From a virus: a DNA stretch of 64,000 nucleotides. Of the stretch, positions 1-9,715 are shown one piece after another. Numbering within the stretch: position 1 is the first letter of the stretch; each line of letters begins with the position of its first letter. The position numbers and the translations under genes are program-made. The notes below the pieces were generated by a model. That model made no database searches. It was not told the DNA's origin and saw only the letters and a list, made by a program, of their open reading frames with translations. The stretch is from positions 16,277-80,276 of IMG/VR virus record IMGVR_UViG_3300037520_000900. One strand, written 5' to 3'.

Positions 1-3000
1 TGGTTGTACTCCAATTCCTTCAGGATTTAAATCCAATAAAGAATCATCGTAAGTTAAACTTAATGAATCAAATACAACTTTTGTGTGCCAAAAGTCACCC
101 ATTCTTAAAACACAAACAGGAGGTGCCCCAAATACACTATTAGTAACATCATTATAAACTAACGTAGTTCCTCCACCGTTTACTTCACTTACAGTTGGTA
201 TGGTATCGCCGGGTCTCATCATTTGTTGTAAGAACACTAATCTAGCGTTTAAACCTTCAGGTGTTATTGAATGAAAGGCGGGTTGAAAGTATTTAATTTT
301 TTCTTTTATCCCGTCATAAATCATTGGGTTTGATTGTCTAACTAAATCAAAATAATTACATTCCGTTAATAGTTTTCTAAGTAATTTTTTAGTTATATCT
401 TTTCTTGGTTCTGTTCTTTTTTTCTCGACTTTTCTTTTTTCAATAACTTTACTTACTGTTGGTATATTTTCTGTAGGTATGTTTAAAACAGGGTCTGGAT
501 CTGGATTTTCTTGTGGTAGAATTGTCTCTTCTTTTTCGACTTCTTTTTGTACTTCATTTTTTGGTGGTATAGTCTCATTTTTTTCTTGTGTTGGTTTTAT
601 GACTTCAATTCCTGAAATTTTTACTCTCCTACAAGCAGATGCGTTAATAGAAAAAACACCTTCCTCACCTATTGTTATATATTCTTTTGAACAATCAATG
701 CTTTTGTACTTAGGGTCTTCAATTGTTTCGTTTTCACCTTTTGGTTCTTCAGTTATAATTAATTTTTTATTTTTAATATATTTGTCAAGGGTTTCTCCTT
801 CATAACTAAAACTTTTTATATATTGTAAAACAGAATCAATTCTTCTTGTTGATAACTTGATATTATAATCATCGGTAGTGATAGCAGATGCCGATCCAAT
901 AATTTTAAACCTTATTTCAGCACCTGACTTTAAAGCTTTAAATATGTCTGTTAATAATTTTTTTAGTTGTTCAAACTGAAAGCCAGCATAATCAAAAAAT
1001 TCAAGCATAGAACTTTTTCTTGCATCTATATATTCAGTTAACCAAGTCTGCGTACTAGAATTTGGTAAACTAGTTATTTGATTTGTATAATCTTTATACG
1101 TTGCATCATCATATTTAATTATTTTATTTAATGCGGAATTAGAATATGGGTTTTTTCTACCCTTAAAATCATCCCAAAGTTTATCATAACTCAAGGTTGA
1201 TGTAATCCTTGTGGTTTTTTTATCCGGATAATCATTTCTAAAATAAAGAACGGGTTCGGTAATATTAAACTCAGTCACTGCTGTAGTTGCTGTTGAAGCA
1301 CTCGGTGTTGGCGTAGGAGTGGGTGTTGGTGTTGGCGTAGGAGTGGGTGTTGGTGTTGGGGTGGCACTCGGTGTTGGTGTAGGTGTTGGTGTAGGTGTTG
1401 TTAGTTCTCCTAATGTAGTTTCATTCTTATCTACATTTGTGTTTGGTAATGTTTCAGTTATTGTTTCAATTTCTTCATCATCTAAATAACTTATTGTTTC
1501 AAATATGTCTTTAATAGTAAATTGTCTATATCTTTTTGCTAAGTCATATATGTCGTATTTTAAGCATCCCGCAAAAAACGAATCCATTACTTTAGTTATT
1601 TCTGTATTATTTCCTAAATCTTGTAATTCCTTCTCAACTAAAAGATTAGTAATAGAAGGGTTATCAACAATAATCTTAAATGAAATATTTCCACTTCTAC
1701 TTGTATTTTGATAGGTATATACGGGTTCAGGTCTGCCTAAAAAATTATGATCCGTCCATCCCGCCTGAATACTTTCATCAAAGTCTAGTTCATATGGTGG
1801 AAACCACATGATTCTACCTCCAAAAGGTCCCTTTTCACAATCAGGTAAATCTTCATACGTATATCCTGGTTTATTTGATGTCCTCCATGCAAGATTTTCA
1901 ATAGATAACATGTATTTTTTTACCTTTCCATTTTGAATGTTTGTAGATTCATTACCCCTTATTGGTGCAATATTTAAATTATAAGTTTTATCAAGTACTG
2001 AGTTTGTATATTTTCTAATATTACCGTCGGTTTTTTGTAATTCATCGTATGTCATGTACGGTCTATCTTTTGTGAATAACCTACAATATTCATAACCAAC
2101 AACATCTTTACCCGCAGGTGATGTGGGATTTGAAGTTTTAGTGGTATATCTAATTACCCTTGAACCTTTAGTTAGTTCAACGTATCCGTCATTGAAAACT
2201 TTTGAGACTTGGTTTATCGCATTTCCAACATGTTCTAATTTCAAACTAGATTTGTTCCCAGCATCAACTAATTTTTGGGTAATATCTAAAATAGAACCTT
2301 TAGTAAATTTATTATTATATGATTGTGTAGAATCAAATTGAACTCCGAACACTCTACTTTCATAAAATGTTTTATCAACTCCAAGCCCTTGCCCTAACGT
2401 ATTTACAGTTTTACCTAAAGGTCCGACAAATTGGTATTTTTGAATATAATTTTTTTTAGACATCCAAGTTATTCCACCTTGAACCCCACTTAATCCATCA
2501 AAATATGGTCTTGTATTAAACCCACTATATAAATCTGTTATTTTTTTTCCTTCAAATTCTTTACCTATATTACTATAACTTAATACGGGTCCTCCACTTG
2601 GGTCTCCGTTTTTATCTTCCGCCTGTTCATTTACAGGAGAGACTAATTCTGTTATTTGATTTTTTCTTGTTCCAATATAAAAATTTGGATCCGGTGAAAA
2701 TAAATTTGGGTTTAATAATGAATTTAACCTATAATCGGGTCTATACTCGTTATAAAAAAGTTGCTCATATAAAATACTCTTTGTTGCTTCAGATGTGTTA
2801 TTAACAAATAAATCAGAAGATGATTTACTATTTGCACCTGTCAATTTCCTTATTATCCCCAAAGGACCCGCAATTAACGGTGCTATTGGATTTTCAATAA
2901 GTTGGTTTAGCATCCTTCTATTTGGGTAGTCGAAGTATTCTCCAGGTATTAAAGAAAATGGTGAATAAAGTCCCGCCAATTTTGCTGCAAAACCAATTGC

Positions 3001-4935
3001 GTCACCAACTATTCCTTGTGGTGCACTAATTTTATAATTTCTTTCTAATACCGGTACATTACCACTAAGAATACCTATCGCATTAAACGGGTCTAAGTTT
3101 GGTTTTACTGAGACTTCTCCACTATCAGGATTAATACTTGATGTTAATGCATTTACCCTACCTACGGTTTGTGACAATAACTCTAACGCAACTCTATGTT
3201 TAAATTCTTTTTGTAGTTGTTTAGCCCCTAAACTTGCTAAATCTGAATCTTGTGAAAGTTTTCCATTTGATCCTGTCGGATTTTTTGCTAATAAAATACT
3301 GTATGGTGTATATGTTGACGGAATAAATCCTAAAGTTTTAAGTCCATCAGCATATGCTGTTCCAAAAGTTTTAATTTGTAAATCATCTATTGTTAAAACT
3401 TCATACGTACCTGTACCTGTAACGTATTTATTTTTTACATACGCCTGTTCTTCTTTTGTGGAACCAACAATCTCTAATTCACTATTTATAGTATCATTTA
3501 AATCATAAATTCCTTTATTTGGTTTTTTTGGTAAATTAACGTTTGGATCTGCAACCGTTAAATCGTTTGTTTCAGGTCTATAACTATTAGAAATTAATTG
3601 TTCTAAATTTATTTCCCCAATTTGTTCTAATTGGCTATCGACTGTATCAGGAAACCCGTACTCACCTTCATTTGTGTTTGTTTGAAGATTTACATTAATT
3701 GTTTGTTCTTTTCTTGGGTTTGATGGTCCGTATTGATTTAACACTATTTGAAGTGGTCTATCTTTAACCCCTTCTAAAAATAATTCACTATTTAAAGTAT
3801 CACCATAATCGTAATTACCTTTTTGTTCTATTGGTTTTGGTATAATGGTAAAAGGTGCAACCTCTGTTTGGCTTTGTGGTCCTTCAGGTCCGTATTCGTT
3901 TTTAATTAATAAATTAATTTTTTCATTTCTACCGATGTTCTCTAAATTATTACCAATAGTATCTAAAAAATTATATTCACCTTCGTTTGAACCTAATATT
4001 AAATCATTATTAATTGTATACCTTGTTGGTCCAAAATCTCCAGGTTGTTCAGGAGTGTATTTATTTTTTATTCTTGATTGTACCTCTTGTATGTTACCAA
4101 CTTGCTCTAATACACTATTTTCAGTATCAACAATTGAGTATTGTCCTGAACCATTTGTGAATATAGTTTGGTCATTGTTAATATACCAAACAGCACCTCC
4201 AAAATTATTTGTGTTATTAGGTTTATAAACGTTTTTAACGATTAGTTCAGTTTCTTTTGTGTCTCCTATAGTTTCTAATTTAGATCCAACAGTTCTAGAG
4301 TACCCATAAATTCCAAGATTGGAGTTTGTAAAAATAGTATTATTTACATTTACTGTTTCGCCATATGATGTTCCGAATTCTGTTGGTCCGTATAAATTTT
4401 TAACAAATAAATAATTTTCTTGTACTTGTCCAACATTTTCTAATTTAGAACCTACAGTTCTTGGGTACCCATAAACACCTAAATTAGCGTTTGTAAAAAT
4501 AGTATTATTTACATTAACAATATTTCCATATGATGTTCCAAAACCTATAGGTCCGTATAAATTTTTTACATATAATAAATTTTCTTGTGTGTCTCCAATA
4601 TTTTCAAGTTTACTACCAATAGTGTCAGAAAAATCATACTCACCAAAGTTAGTACTTGTATTTAAATTTTTGTTTATATTTATTGTATCTCCGTAAGTTG
4701 AATTTGTTTGTTGGGGCCCATATTTGTTTTGTTTATAAAGAAATTTTTCTTGCTGGTTACCAACAACATCAACTGTTGGTGAGTCAATGACCGAAAAATC
4801 AATTATTGTAAATTCGTTACTTCCCGGTTTTGAGTATTCGCCAAAACTACCGTCAACCTTGTAAGGTTTTAAATTTCTTATAAGGAGTTTTTTTCTAAAA
4901 TTTTCACTTGAGTTGAATGATAGCGGACTTTCCAT
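1..4935 (-). CDS. Large multidomain baseplate / tail-tube-initiator-like protein (>1645 aa, 3' end off window): N-terminal ~55-aa repeats, gp48/gp54-like domain, Thr-Pro linker, OmpA-like domain
   Basis: ATG at 4935 (MESPLSFNSSENFRKKL), preceded by TATTTATA. Frame appears open to the window edge (…LDLNPEGIGVQP), which explains its absence from the ORF track. WTDHNFLGRPEPVYTYQNTSRSGNISFKI is tube-cap-like; GSASAITTDDYNIKLSTRRIDSV…ACRRVKI is OmpA-like. Lies directly downstream of the tape measure gene. Confidence 0.8.
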   Translation of the reverse strand, partial: MESPLSFNSSENFRKKLLIRNLKPYKVDGSFGEYSKPGSNEFTIIDFSVIDSPTVDVVGNQQEKFLYKQNKYGPQQTNSTYGDTININKNLNTSTNFGEYDFSDTIGSKLENIGDTQENLLYVKNLYGPIGFGTSYGNIVNVNNTIFTNANLGVYGYPRTVGSKLENVGQVQENYLFVKNLYGPTEFGTSYGETVNVNNTIFTNSNLGIYGYSRTVGSKLETIGDTKETELIVKNVYKPNNTNNFGGAVWYINNDQTIFTNGSGQYSIVDTENSVLEQVGNIQEVQSRIKNKYTPEQPGDFGPTRYTINNDLILGSNEGEYNFLDTIGNNLENIGRNEKINLLIKNEYGPEGPQSQTEVAPFTIIPKPIEQKGNYDYGDTLNSELFLEGVKDRPLQIVLNQYGPSNPRKEQTINVNLQTNTNEGEYGFPDTVDSQLEQIGEINLEQLISNSYRPETNDLTVADPNVNLPKKPNKGIYDLNDTINSELEIVGSTKEEQAYVKNKYVTGTGTYEVLTIDDLQIKTFGTAYADGLKTLGFIPSTYTPYSILLAKNPTGSNGKLSQDSDLASLGAKQLQKEFKHRVALELLSQTVGRVNALTSSINPDSGEVSVKPNLDPFNAIGILSGNVPVLERNYKISAPQGIVGDAIGFAAKLAGLYSPFSLIPGEYFDYPNRRMLNQLIENPIAPLIAGPLGIIRKLTGANSKSSSDLFVNNTSEATKSILYEQLFYNEYRPDYRLNSLLNPNLFSPDPNFYIGTRKNQITELVSPVNEQAEDKNGDPSGGPVLSYSNIGKEFEGKKITDLYSGFNTRPYFDGLSGVQGGITWMSKKNYIQKYQFVGPLGKTVNTLGQGLGVDKTFYESRVFGVQFDSTQSYNNKFTKGSILDITQKLVDAGNKSSLKLEHVGNAINQVSKVFNDGYVELTKGSRVIRYTTKTSNPTSPAGKDVVGYEYCRLFTKDRPYMTYDELQKTDGNIRKYTNSVLDKTYNLNIAPIRGNESTNIQNGKVKKYMLSIENLAWRTSNKPGYTYEDLPDCEKGPFGGRIMWFPPYELDFDESIQAGWTDHNFLGRPEPVYTYQNTSRSGNISFKIIVDNPSITNLLVEKELQDLGNNTEITKVMDSFFAGCLKYDIYDLAKRYRQFTIKDIFETISYLDDEEIETITETLPNTNVDKNETTLGELTTPTPTPTPTPSATPTPTPTPTPTPTPTPTPTPSASTATTAVTEFNITEPVLYFRNDYPDKKTTRITSTLSYDKLWDDFKGRKNPYSNSALNKIIKYDDATYKDYTNQITSLPNSSTQTWLTEYIDARKSSMLEFFDYAGFQFEQLKKLLTDIFKALKSGAEIRFKIIGSASAITTDDYNIKLSTRRIDSVLQYIKSFSYEGETLDKYIKNKKLIITEEPKGENETIEDPKYKSIDCSKEYITIGEEGVFSINASACRRVKISGIEVIKPTQEKNETIPPKNEVQKEVEKEETILPQENPDPDPVLNIPTENIPTVSKVIEKRKVEKKRTEPRKDITKKLLRKLLTECNYFDLVRQSNPMIYDGIKEKIKYFQPAFHSITPEGLNARLVFLQQMMRPGDTIPTVSEVNGGGTTLVYNDVTNSVFGAPPVCVLRMGDFWHTKVVFDSLSLTYDDSLLDLNPEGIGVQP
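1298..1401 (-). repeat. Thr-Pro low-complexity linker (TPTPTP…)
   Basis: Repeated ggtgtt/ggcgta/ggagtg hexamers encoding (TP)n in the large ORF. Confidence 0.9.
3420..4780 (-). repeat. About nine degenerate ~55-aa protein repeats (N-x-G-x-Y…DT-x-x-S-x-LE-x-I/VG…KN-x-YGP)
   Basis: Manual translation gives NKYGP, NLYGP, NLYGP, NVYKP, NKYTP, NEYGP, NQYGP, NSYRP, NKYVT at roughly 165-nt spacing. Confidence 0.85.
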
Positions 4936-4972
4936 TTATTGTTTTATTTATAAATAGATTAAGATGTATTTT

Positions 4973-7147
4973 TTAACCTTCAATAGTTGCTTGATCTGCG
5001 TAGAAAGATTTTTGATTTGAAACCATATTCATTATGTGTGTGACAAATTGTTTACCATTTAACATTTGTTCTAACACGGTTTTGTCTACACCCGCAGGTG
5101 CATCTATTTTTACTGTTAAATTACCAAAATCAATTTTTCCTGATACTTCGTTTTTTTGATTGTTTGTTTGAGAAACCATTTGAGAAAGATAATTAGTTTT
5201 TTCATTACCCTTTTCAAATATTTTACTAAATCCTGTACCAATCATCATTTCGTCTTGAGCGAGTCCTTTGTAAATTTGTCCCTCACTCATAATAATTGGT
5301 TCACCTCCTGAAGGAAAAAAGGCATCATTTACTTTTTTAATCTCAGAATTCACATTAATATTCGCGTTATCTCCAACATTTATATTTGCGCTGTTGCCTA
5401 TTTTAATTGGTGATAATTTTTCACCTTCATCTTCCTTATTAATTGTGGTGCTGTCTACTTTTTTAATTGGTGATAATTTTTCACCTTCATCTTCCTTATT
5501 AATTGGTGATAATTTTTCACCTTCATCTGTAATTCCAGTTCCTTCATCTGCATTTTCATCTGTACTTGATTTGTTTTCTTTAAGAAAATCTTTTAAGGCT
5601 TTACTACCGCTTCTTGAAAATTCAACAATATTTTCGCCAGCGAGTTTTAACTGTTCTTCAAATGTTTTACCAGCGGCTTTTAATGTTTCGTCGTTTAACG
5701 CAGCTTTAACTAGATCTTTACTGGCCTCAATCCCTAGTTTAGAAACTTCATTAAAAGTTTTTAACATTTCCTCCACTTTTGGTAAAGCCGTTTTAGATGA
5801 CTCCTTTAAACTCGTATTAATATCTTCGGTCATATCTCTTTGTTCTTGTAGAAATTTTTCTCTATTTCCCTGTGACATACTTAAAAGTAACATCTGTTTA
5901 ATATCCAAGGCAACTGCCAATTGTTTTTCTTGTGTTGACATTTGAGCTAACGCCAAATCTTTATCGCTTAATTGTGCCTTTTTTTGATATTCTTCCAACG
6001 CCTTTATAAATTCGGGATCTTTTAAATTTTGATCTAAGGTGTCAAAAGTTTCTTCAAAACCAGGTATATCTACTGTTACTTCCCCATTTTTACTAATTTG
6101 TGATAAACCAGAAACTAAATTTTGAGTATCTTCATCCGCAATTTTGTCTACTAAACTTGTTTTACTTTTAATAAAATCAATTTTAGCCAATTCTTTACCT
6201 GCGTTTGCAGTTGCCTCATAATCAATACCTAAAGCCTCAGCTTGTGCCCTCAAAGCGTACATATCTTCTGTAGTTTGAGTAAATGCTCCTGTTTCTTTAT
6301 CAAATGTAAATGTGGCCTTTGCCATGTTCAAAACTTCGTCTGTAAGTTTTTTCATATCTTTTTGACCCATATATAATAACTGAAATGGATCACCTAAGGC
6401 CCCAATATTACCACCAATCATTTGTATATTTGCGGCAGCTTCCATTGCCTTTTCAGGGTCTAATAATGATTTTGCAGCATTACCTATTCCTAATTTCTCT
6501 AAACTTGTTCCAAGAAGTTTAGTTTTTTTGACCATCTCTTCTATATCTTTTACTCCACCTTTAAACCCAAATAAACTCGCTTGTTTTAAATTTTTTGCAA
6601 CTTCCTGAGTAAAACTTTTAGCATCTAAACCACTTTTTCTCGCTTCTTTACCAAGCCTAGACATGTCAGTTATAGCCTCTTTTTGGTTTCCTCCATATTG
6701 TTGGAACTGTACTAACATTTTACCTGTTTCTTCGGAAGAAAGTCCCACTGATTTTGAAAATTGTAACGATAACCCTAAAACTTCTGTGGTGGTATTAACC
6801 ATTCTACCCATTTCAGAAGCCATTCCCTTCACTATATTAATACCGTCCGAAAATTGAAGGTTCATTCCTTCAACCTCTTTTAAAGATTCTATTATTTTAT
6901 TTTTTAATTCTCCTGATTTGTCAGCAAACCCACCCATTGATCTACCAAGGGCCAATGAACTATCCTCCATTGATAGCATGTTTTTAACGAGGTTATCGTA
7001 AACTTTATCCATTGATGGTCCGATATTCTCATCAATAACTTTGAATACTTCTTTAACCTGCTCCAATGCGGACCTACCTTTTACTTCTAACTGCTTTTCC
7101 GTTGATTCCCCTTCTGTTGTTGGGGTAGTATCTCCATAAAATAACAT
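4973..7147 (-). CDS. Tape measure protein (putative)
   Basis: 724-aa helical A/K/E/Q-rich protein between tube/chaperone genes and baseplate gene. Confidence 0.7.
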   Translation of the reverse strand: MLFYGDTTPTTEGESTEKQLEVKGRSALEQVKEVFKVIDENIGPSMDKVYDNLVKNMLSMEDSSLALGRSMGGFADKSGELKNKIIESLKEVEGMNLQFSDGINIVKGMASEMGRMVNTTTEVLGLSLQFSKSVGLSSEETGKMLVQFQQYGGNQKEAITDMSRLGKEARKSGLDAKSFTQEVAKNLKQASLFGFKGGVKDIEEMVKKTKLLGTSLEKLGIGNAAKSLLDPEKAMEAAANIQMIGGNIGALGDPFQLLYMGQKDMKKLTDEVLNMAKATFTFDKETGAFTQTTEDMYALRAQAEALGIDYEATANAGKELAKIDFIKSKTSLVDKIADEDTQNLVSGLSQISKNGEVTVDIPGFEETFDTLDQNLKDPEFIKALEEYQKKAQLSDKDLALAQMSTQEKQLAVALDIKQMLLLSMSQGNREKFLQEQRDMTEDINTSLKESSKTALPKVEEMLKTFNEVSKLGIEASKDLVKAALNDETLKAAGKTFEEQLKLAGENIVEFSRSGSKALKDFLKENKSSTDENADEGTGITDEGEKLSPINKEDEGEKLSPIKKVDSTTINKEDEGEKLSPIKIGNSANINVGDNANINVNSEIKKVNDAFFPSGGEPIIMSEGQIYKGLAQDEMMIGTGFSKIFEKGNEKTNYLSQMVSQTNNQKNEVSGKIDFGNLTVKIDAPAGVDKTVLEQMLNGKQFVTHIMNMVSNQKSFYADQATIEG
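5401..5528 (-). repeat. Short near-tandem DNA duplications in the tape measure gene (NKEDEGEKLSPI, about 3 copies)
   Basis: ttttaattggtgataatttttcaccttcatcttccttattaatt at 5401 and 5461, partial third copy at ~5499. Confidence 0.9.
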
Positions 7148-7179
7148 AATTTACATTTTTAAATAAATAGAACGGAGTA

Positions 7180-7356
7180 TCATTTCTGATATTCACCAGT
7201 TAGTTTATCGATAAAAAATTTGCGTTCAAATGTTGGCATATTCATAAGGTCTGAGTAGGAAAAGTTTGCCAACTTAGTTAGATAATAAATTTCGTCCAAT
7301 AAAGTTTTTTTATACTGCGAAGAAAGGACGAAAAAATTCAACCCCAAAGGATACAT
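7180..7356 (-). CDS. gp51-like baseplate-hub / tail-assembly chaperone C-terminal ORF (58 aa; possibly expressed as a +1 frameshift fusion)
   Basis: Not in ORF track. MYPLGLNFFVLSSQYKKTLLDEIYYLTKLANFSYSDLMNMPTFERKFFIDKL…; the FSYSDLMNMPTFER segment resembles T4-like gp51. Overlaps the end of 7310..8068. Confidence 0.75.
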   Translation of the reverse strand: MYPLGLNFFVLSSQYKKTLLDEIYYLTKLANFSYSDLMNMPTFERKFFIDKLTGEYQK

Positions 7357-8068
7357 TAAATGTTACCTTTTCTCCTGACGGGGCTGTTACTTCTTGTTTT
7401 AAGTCAATTGACGGTTCGCACTCTTGTACAAATTTTTTAATATGTTTAGAATCCATAATTGGCATATTTACAATAAAATTTGCAATCTGCCCTTTATCTC
7501 TATTACCCTCAATTTCAACTATTTGGTGTTCTAATTTTTTTGTGACGATGGGAGCGATCATACCTTTTGGGTATTTTTCAACAATCTTGTCAATTTCTTT
7601 TAGTTCACCCCAAGTAAGAAGTTTAACTTTAACTTTTTTTCCTGTTTTAGGTAGTGTGGTTTCAAAATACCCTTCACTATCCGGTGTGTGTGTTGGGTCT
7701 AAGTATTTTAACTCATCAATTACTACTGAAACTTCAAACTGTTTTTTTGTTGCTGGATCAGTTAATGTATATTCATATTCAGGACCAAAAGCTGTGTTTC
7801 TAAGAAAAATTAATATTGCCGATATATCAACGTCCAATAATTGATCGACGCTAAAATTTGGTTCATAAATTTTATGTCTTAATAGTGTATGTATAACACC
7901 ATCTTTAGAATTATTTTGTGACATTAAAATATTTTCATCATTTGCAGTCAAATACCCAACCTTTACCGATTCTTTAACCGGTGTATAAAATAAACCTTTA
8001 GAAGGTAATTTTACTACATCGTGTGGTAGGTTAAAATTTTGTTGTCCATATAACATTGATTGATCCAT
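7310..8068 (-). CDS. T4 gp26-like baseplate hub / tail assembly chaperone
   Basis: VKLPSKGLFY…LTANDENIL…AILIFLR…FG…C-terminal VEFFRP; sits between tail tube and tape measure. Confidence 0.75.
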   Translation of the reverse strand: MDQSMLYGQQNFNLPHDVVKLPSKGLFYTPVKESVKVGYLTANDENILMSQNNSKDGVIHTLLRHKIYEPNFSVDQLLDVDISAILIFLRNTAFGPEYEYTLTDPATKKQFEVSVVIDELKYLDPTHTPDSEGYFETTLPKTGKKVKVKLLTWGELKEIDKIVEKYPKGMIAPIVTKKLEHQIVEIEGNRDKGQIANFIVNMPIMDSKHIKKFVQECEPSIDLKQEVTAPSGEKVTFNVSFGVEFFRPFFAV

Positions 8069-8114
8069 AACTTGTTTTTATTTTAAAAATAATCTAACAT
8101 TAATCTATGTAAAT

Positions 8115-8141
8115 AAAAAACCCCACTTTATCGGTGAGGTT
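8115..8141 (-). terminator. Intrinsic terminator after tail tube gene
   Basis: AACCTCAC-N7-GTGGGGTT hairpin followed by a U tract on the minus strand. Confidence 0.75.
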
Positions 8142-8165
8142 CTTAAAAATATATTTAATTTTATA

Positions 8166-8654
8166 TTAGTAAACTAAAATACATCTGTCAGGTTGCATTG
8201 TCGCTTTAACTGTAATTAATCCGTCTTCACTATAACCTAATGAATCAAAATCAACGTTAGTTAAAAAACATCCTTGTAGAATCCATTTTTCAACAGCAAC
8301 TCCTGTTGGGTCTAACATTTCTAAATCAACGTCTTTTTTATAACCAGCAGCATAACCCATACGTCCTGTAACTGATTCTGCATGTAGACGAACCCACTCC
8401 ATTAATGCTTGTGATGCTGACGGTCCAATTGGATCTCTAAATGTCACATCAATTGAACCCCACTTAAATCTACCGGCAACATATGTTTCAGTATTTAAGA
8501 AAGGAATTGGTGTTGAACCTATCTCAACTTTAGGTCTTGTAGTACTTTCAACATACCAAGAGTTAATACCCAAAGACGAAGGGAAAGTTATGATAAACCT
8601 ATTTTTTCTTTTAGGTTCATATTGAAAGGGCATTTTCATTAATAAATCAGCCAT
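8166..8654 (-). CDS. gp19: Tail tube protein (T4 gp19-like)
   Basis: EPKRKNRF…RPKV…W…ITFRDP…W…GYKKD…LDPTG…W-L-GCF…D pattern; downstream of sheath. Confidence 0.9.
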   Translation of the reverse strand: MADLLMKMPFQYEPKRKNRFIITFPSSLGINSWYVESTTRPKVEIGSTPIPFLNTETYVAGRFKWGSIDVTFRDPIGPSASQALMEWVRLHAESVTGRMGYAAGYKKDVDLEMLDPTGVAVEKWILQGCFLTNVDFDSLGYSEDGLITVKATMQPDRCILVY

Positions 8655-8755
8655 GTTTTCTAGTTTTTAATTGTTTTATTTTTTATATAAATATTGTCTT
8701 ATTTATTTTTTTGTATTTACTTTTTTTTAATTTCTAATATTTCTTATCTAGAAAG

Positions 8756-9715
8756 TTAATCAAATCTAGTTTTTTTACCTCCTTTAGTTAAATATAAATT
8801 AACTGGACTTTTTTCATATTCTTTCTTTAAAAATTCAGATGAGGCTTCAATATTTCTTGGGTCGTCATCAGAAAACCCTAAAGAAGTGTATTCCCCAACA
8901 AATTCCTCCACATCTTCCACCGGCTCAGACATCGCAACATCGTTTTTAAATTTTGGTGTCAAGTCTGATAATTTTATATTAGGGTTATTATCTAAAATAA
9001 ACTGAACAAGATTTTTTGCCTGTTCTCTACAATAAGATATAAATTGTTTTAATGCCTTATTTTTACCTTCTTCAGGAGATGTTGCACTACCACTACCATA
9101 AGAAACAGGATGAAACTTACACATGTTTAAATATTGTTCTATAGTAGTACTCATTCTTGGTCTCATATCTTCGGTTAAACTTTCGTTTGCCAATAAATCA
9201 TATTTTCTAAGACTTTCTTCTAATTTTTTTCTATTCAAACCATTCTTATCTGACATAATAAGATTATAAACAGCCTCTTTTAATGTCTTTGGGTTATGTC
9301 CCCTTGCCGTAATAATCGCAAAAATAGAACCACCATTTATACACTCCACAAAATCATTCCATGCTGGACCAACAGGGGCCATCATACAATCCATTAAAAA
9401 TCTTTTGTCCCCTTCTTCTCTAAAAAACCTAAAAGGATTTTCTGCGAAATTTATAATAGTTGCACTCTTATATTTAAATGGTTCTTGACCTATTTGTAAT
9501 CTGTGTTCGGCAAAGTCTTCTGTAGACATCCCTATCTCATCATCGTTTTCAGATAATACCATAATTTTTGTTGGCATAAACATGATATTATCATCCCAAT
9601 CAAAAGCATAATATTTTAAATCAGGTCTAAGTGTGTTGTTATCTTCATCACCAATTAACCCTTCATTAAGTCTTTTCTTAATAACTTGATTATATATATG
9701 TTTTCTTACATTCAT
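8756..9715 (-). CDS. HAD-superfamily phosphatase-like protein
   Basis: Motif I AFDWDDNI, motif II IITARG, motif IV GFSDDD; N-terminal VIKKRLNE tag. Confidence 0.65.
   Translation of the reverse strand: MNVRKHIYNQVIKKRLNEGLIGDEDNNTLRPDLKYYAFDWDDNIMFMPTKIMVLSENDDEIGMSTEDFAEHRLQIGQEPFKYKSATIINFAENPFRFFREEGDKRFLMDCMMAPVGPAWNDFVECINGGSIFAIITARGHNPKTLKEAVYNLIMSDKNGLNRKKLEESLRKYDLLANESLTEDMRPRMSTTIEQYLNMCKFHPVSYGSGSATSPEEGKNKALKQFISYCREQAKNLVQFILDNNPNIKLSDLTPKFKNDVAMSEPVEDVEEFVGEYTSLGFSDDDPRNIEASSEFLKKEYEKSPVNLYLTKGGKKTRFD

Noticed and set aside
479-4228. Plus-strand ORFs in the track (479, 1505, 2123, 2598, 3845)
   Set aside because: Antisense shadows of the large minus-strand ORF 1..4935. The same applies to most other short opposite-strand or alternative-frame ORFs (e.g. 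5394, 7542, 10016, 19275, 22280, 25490, 33345, 60053).
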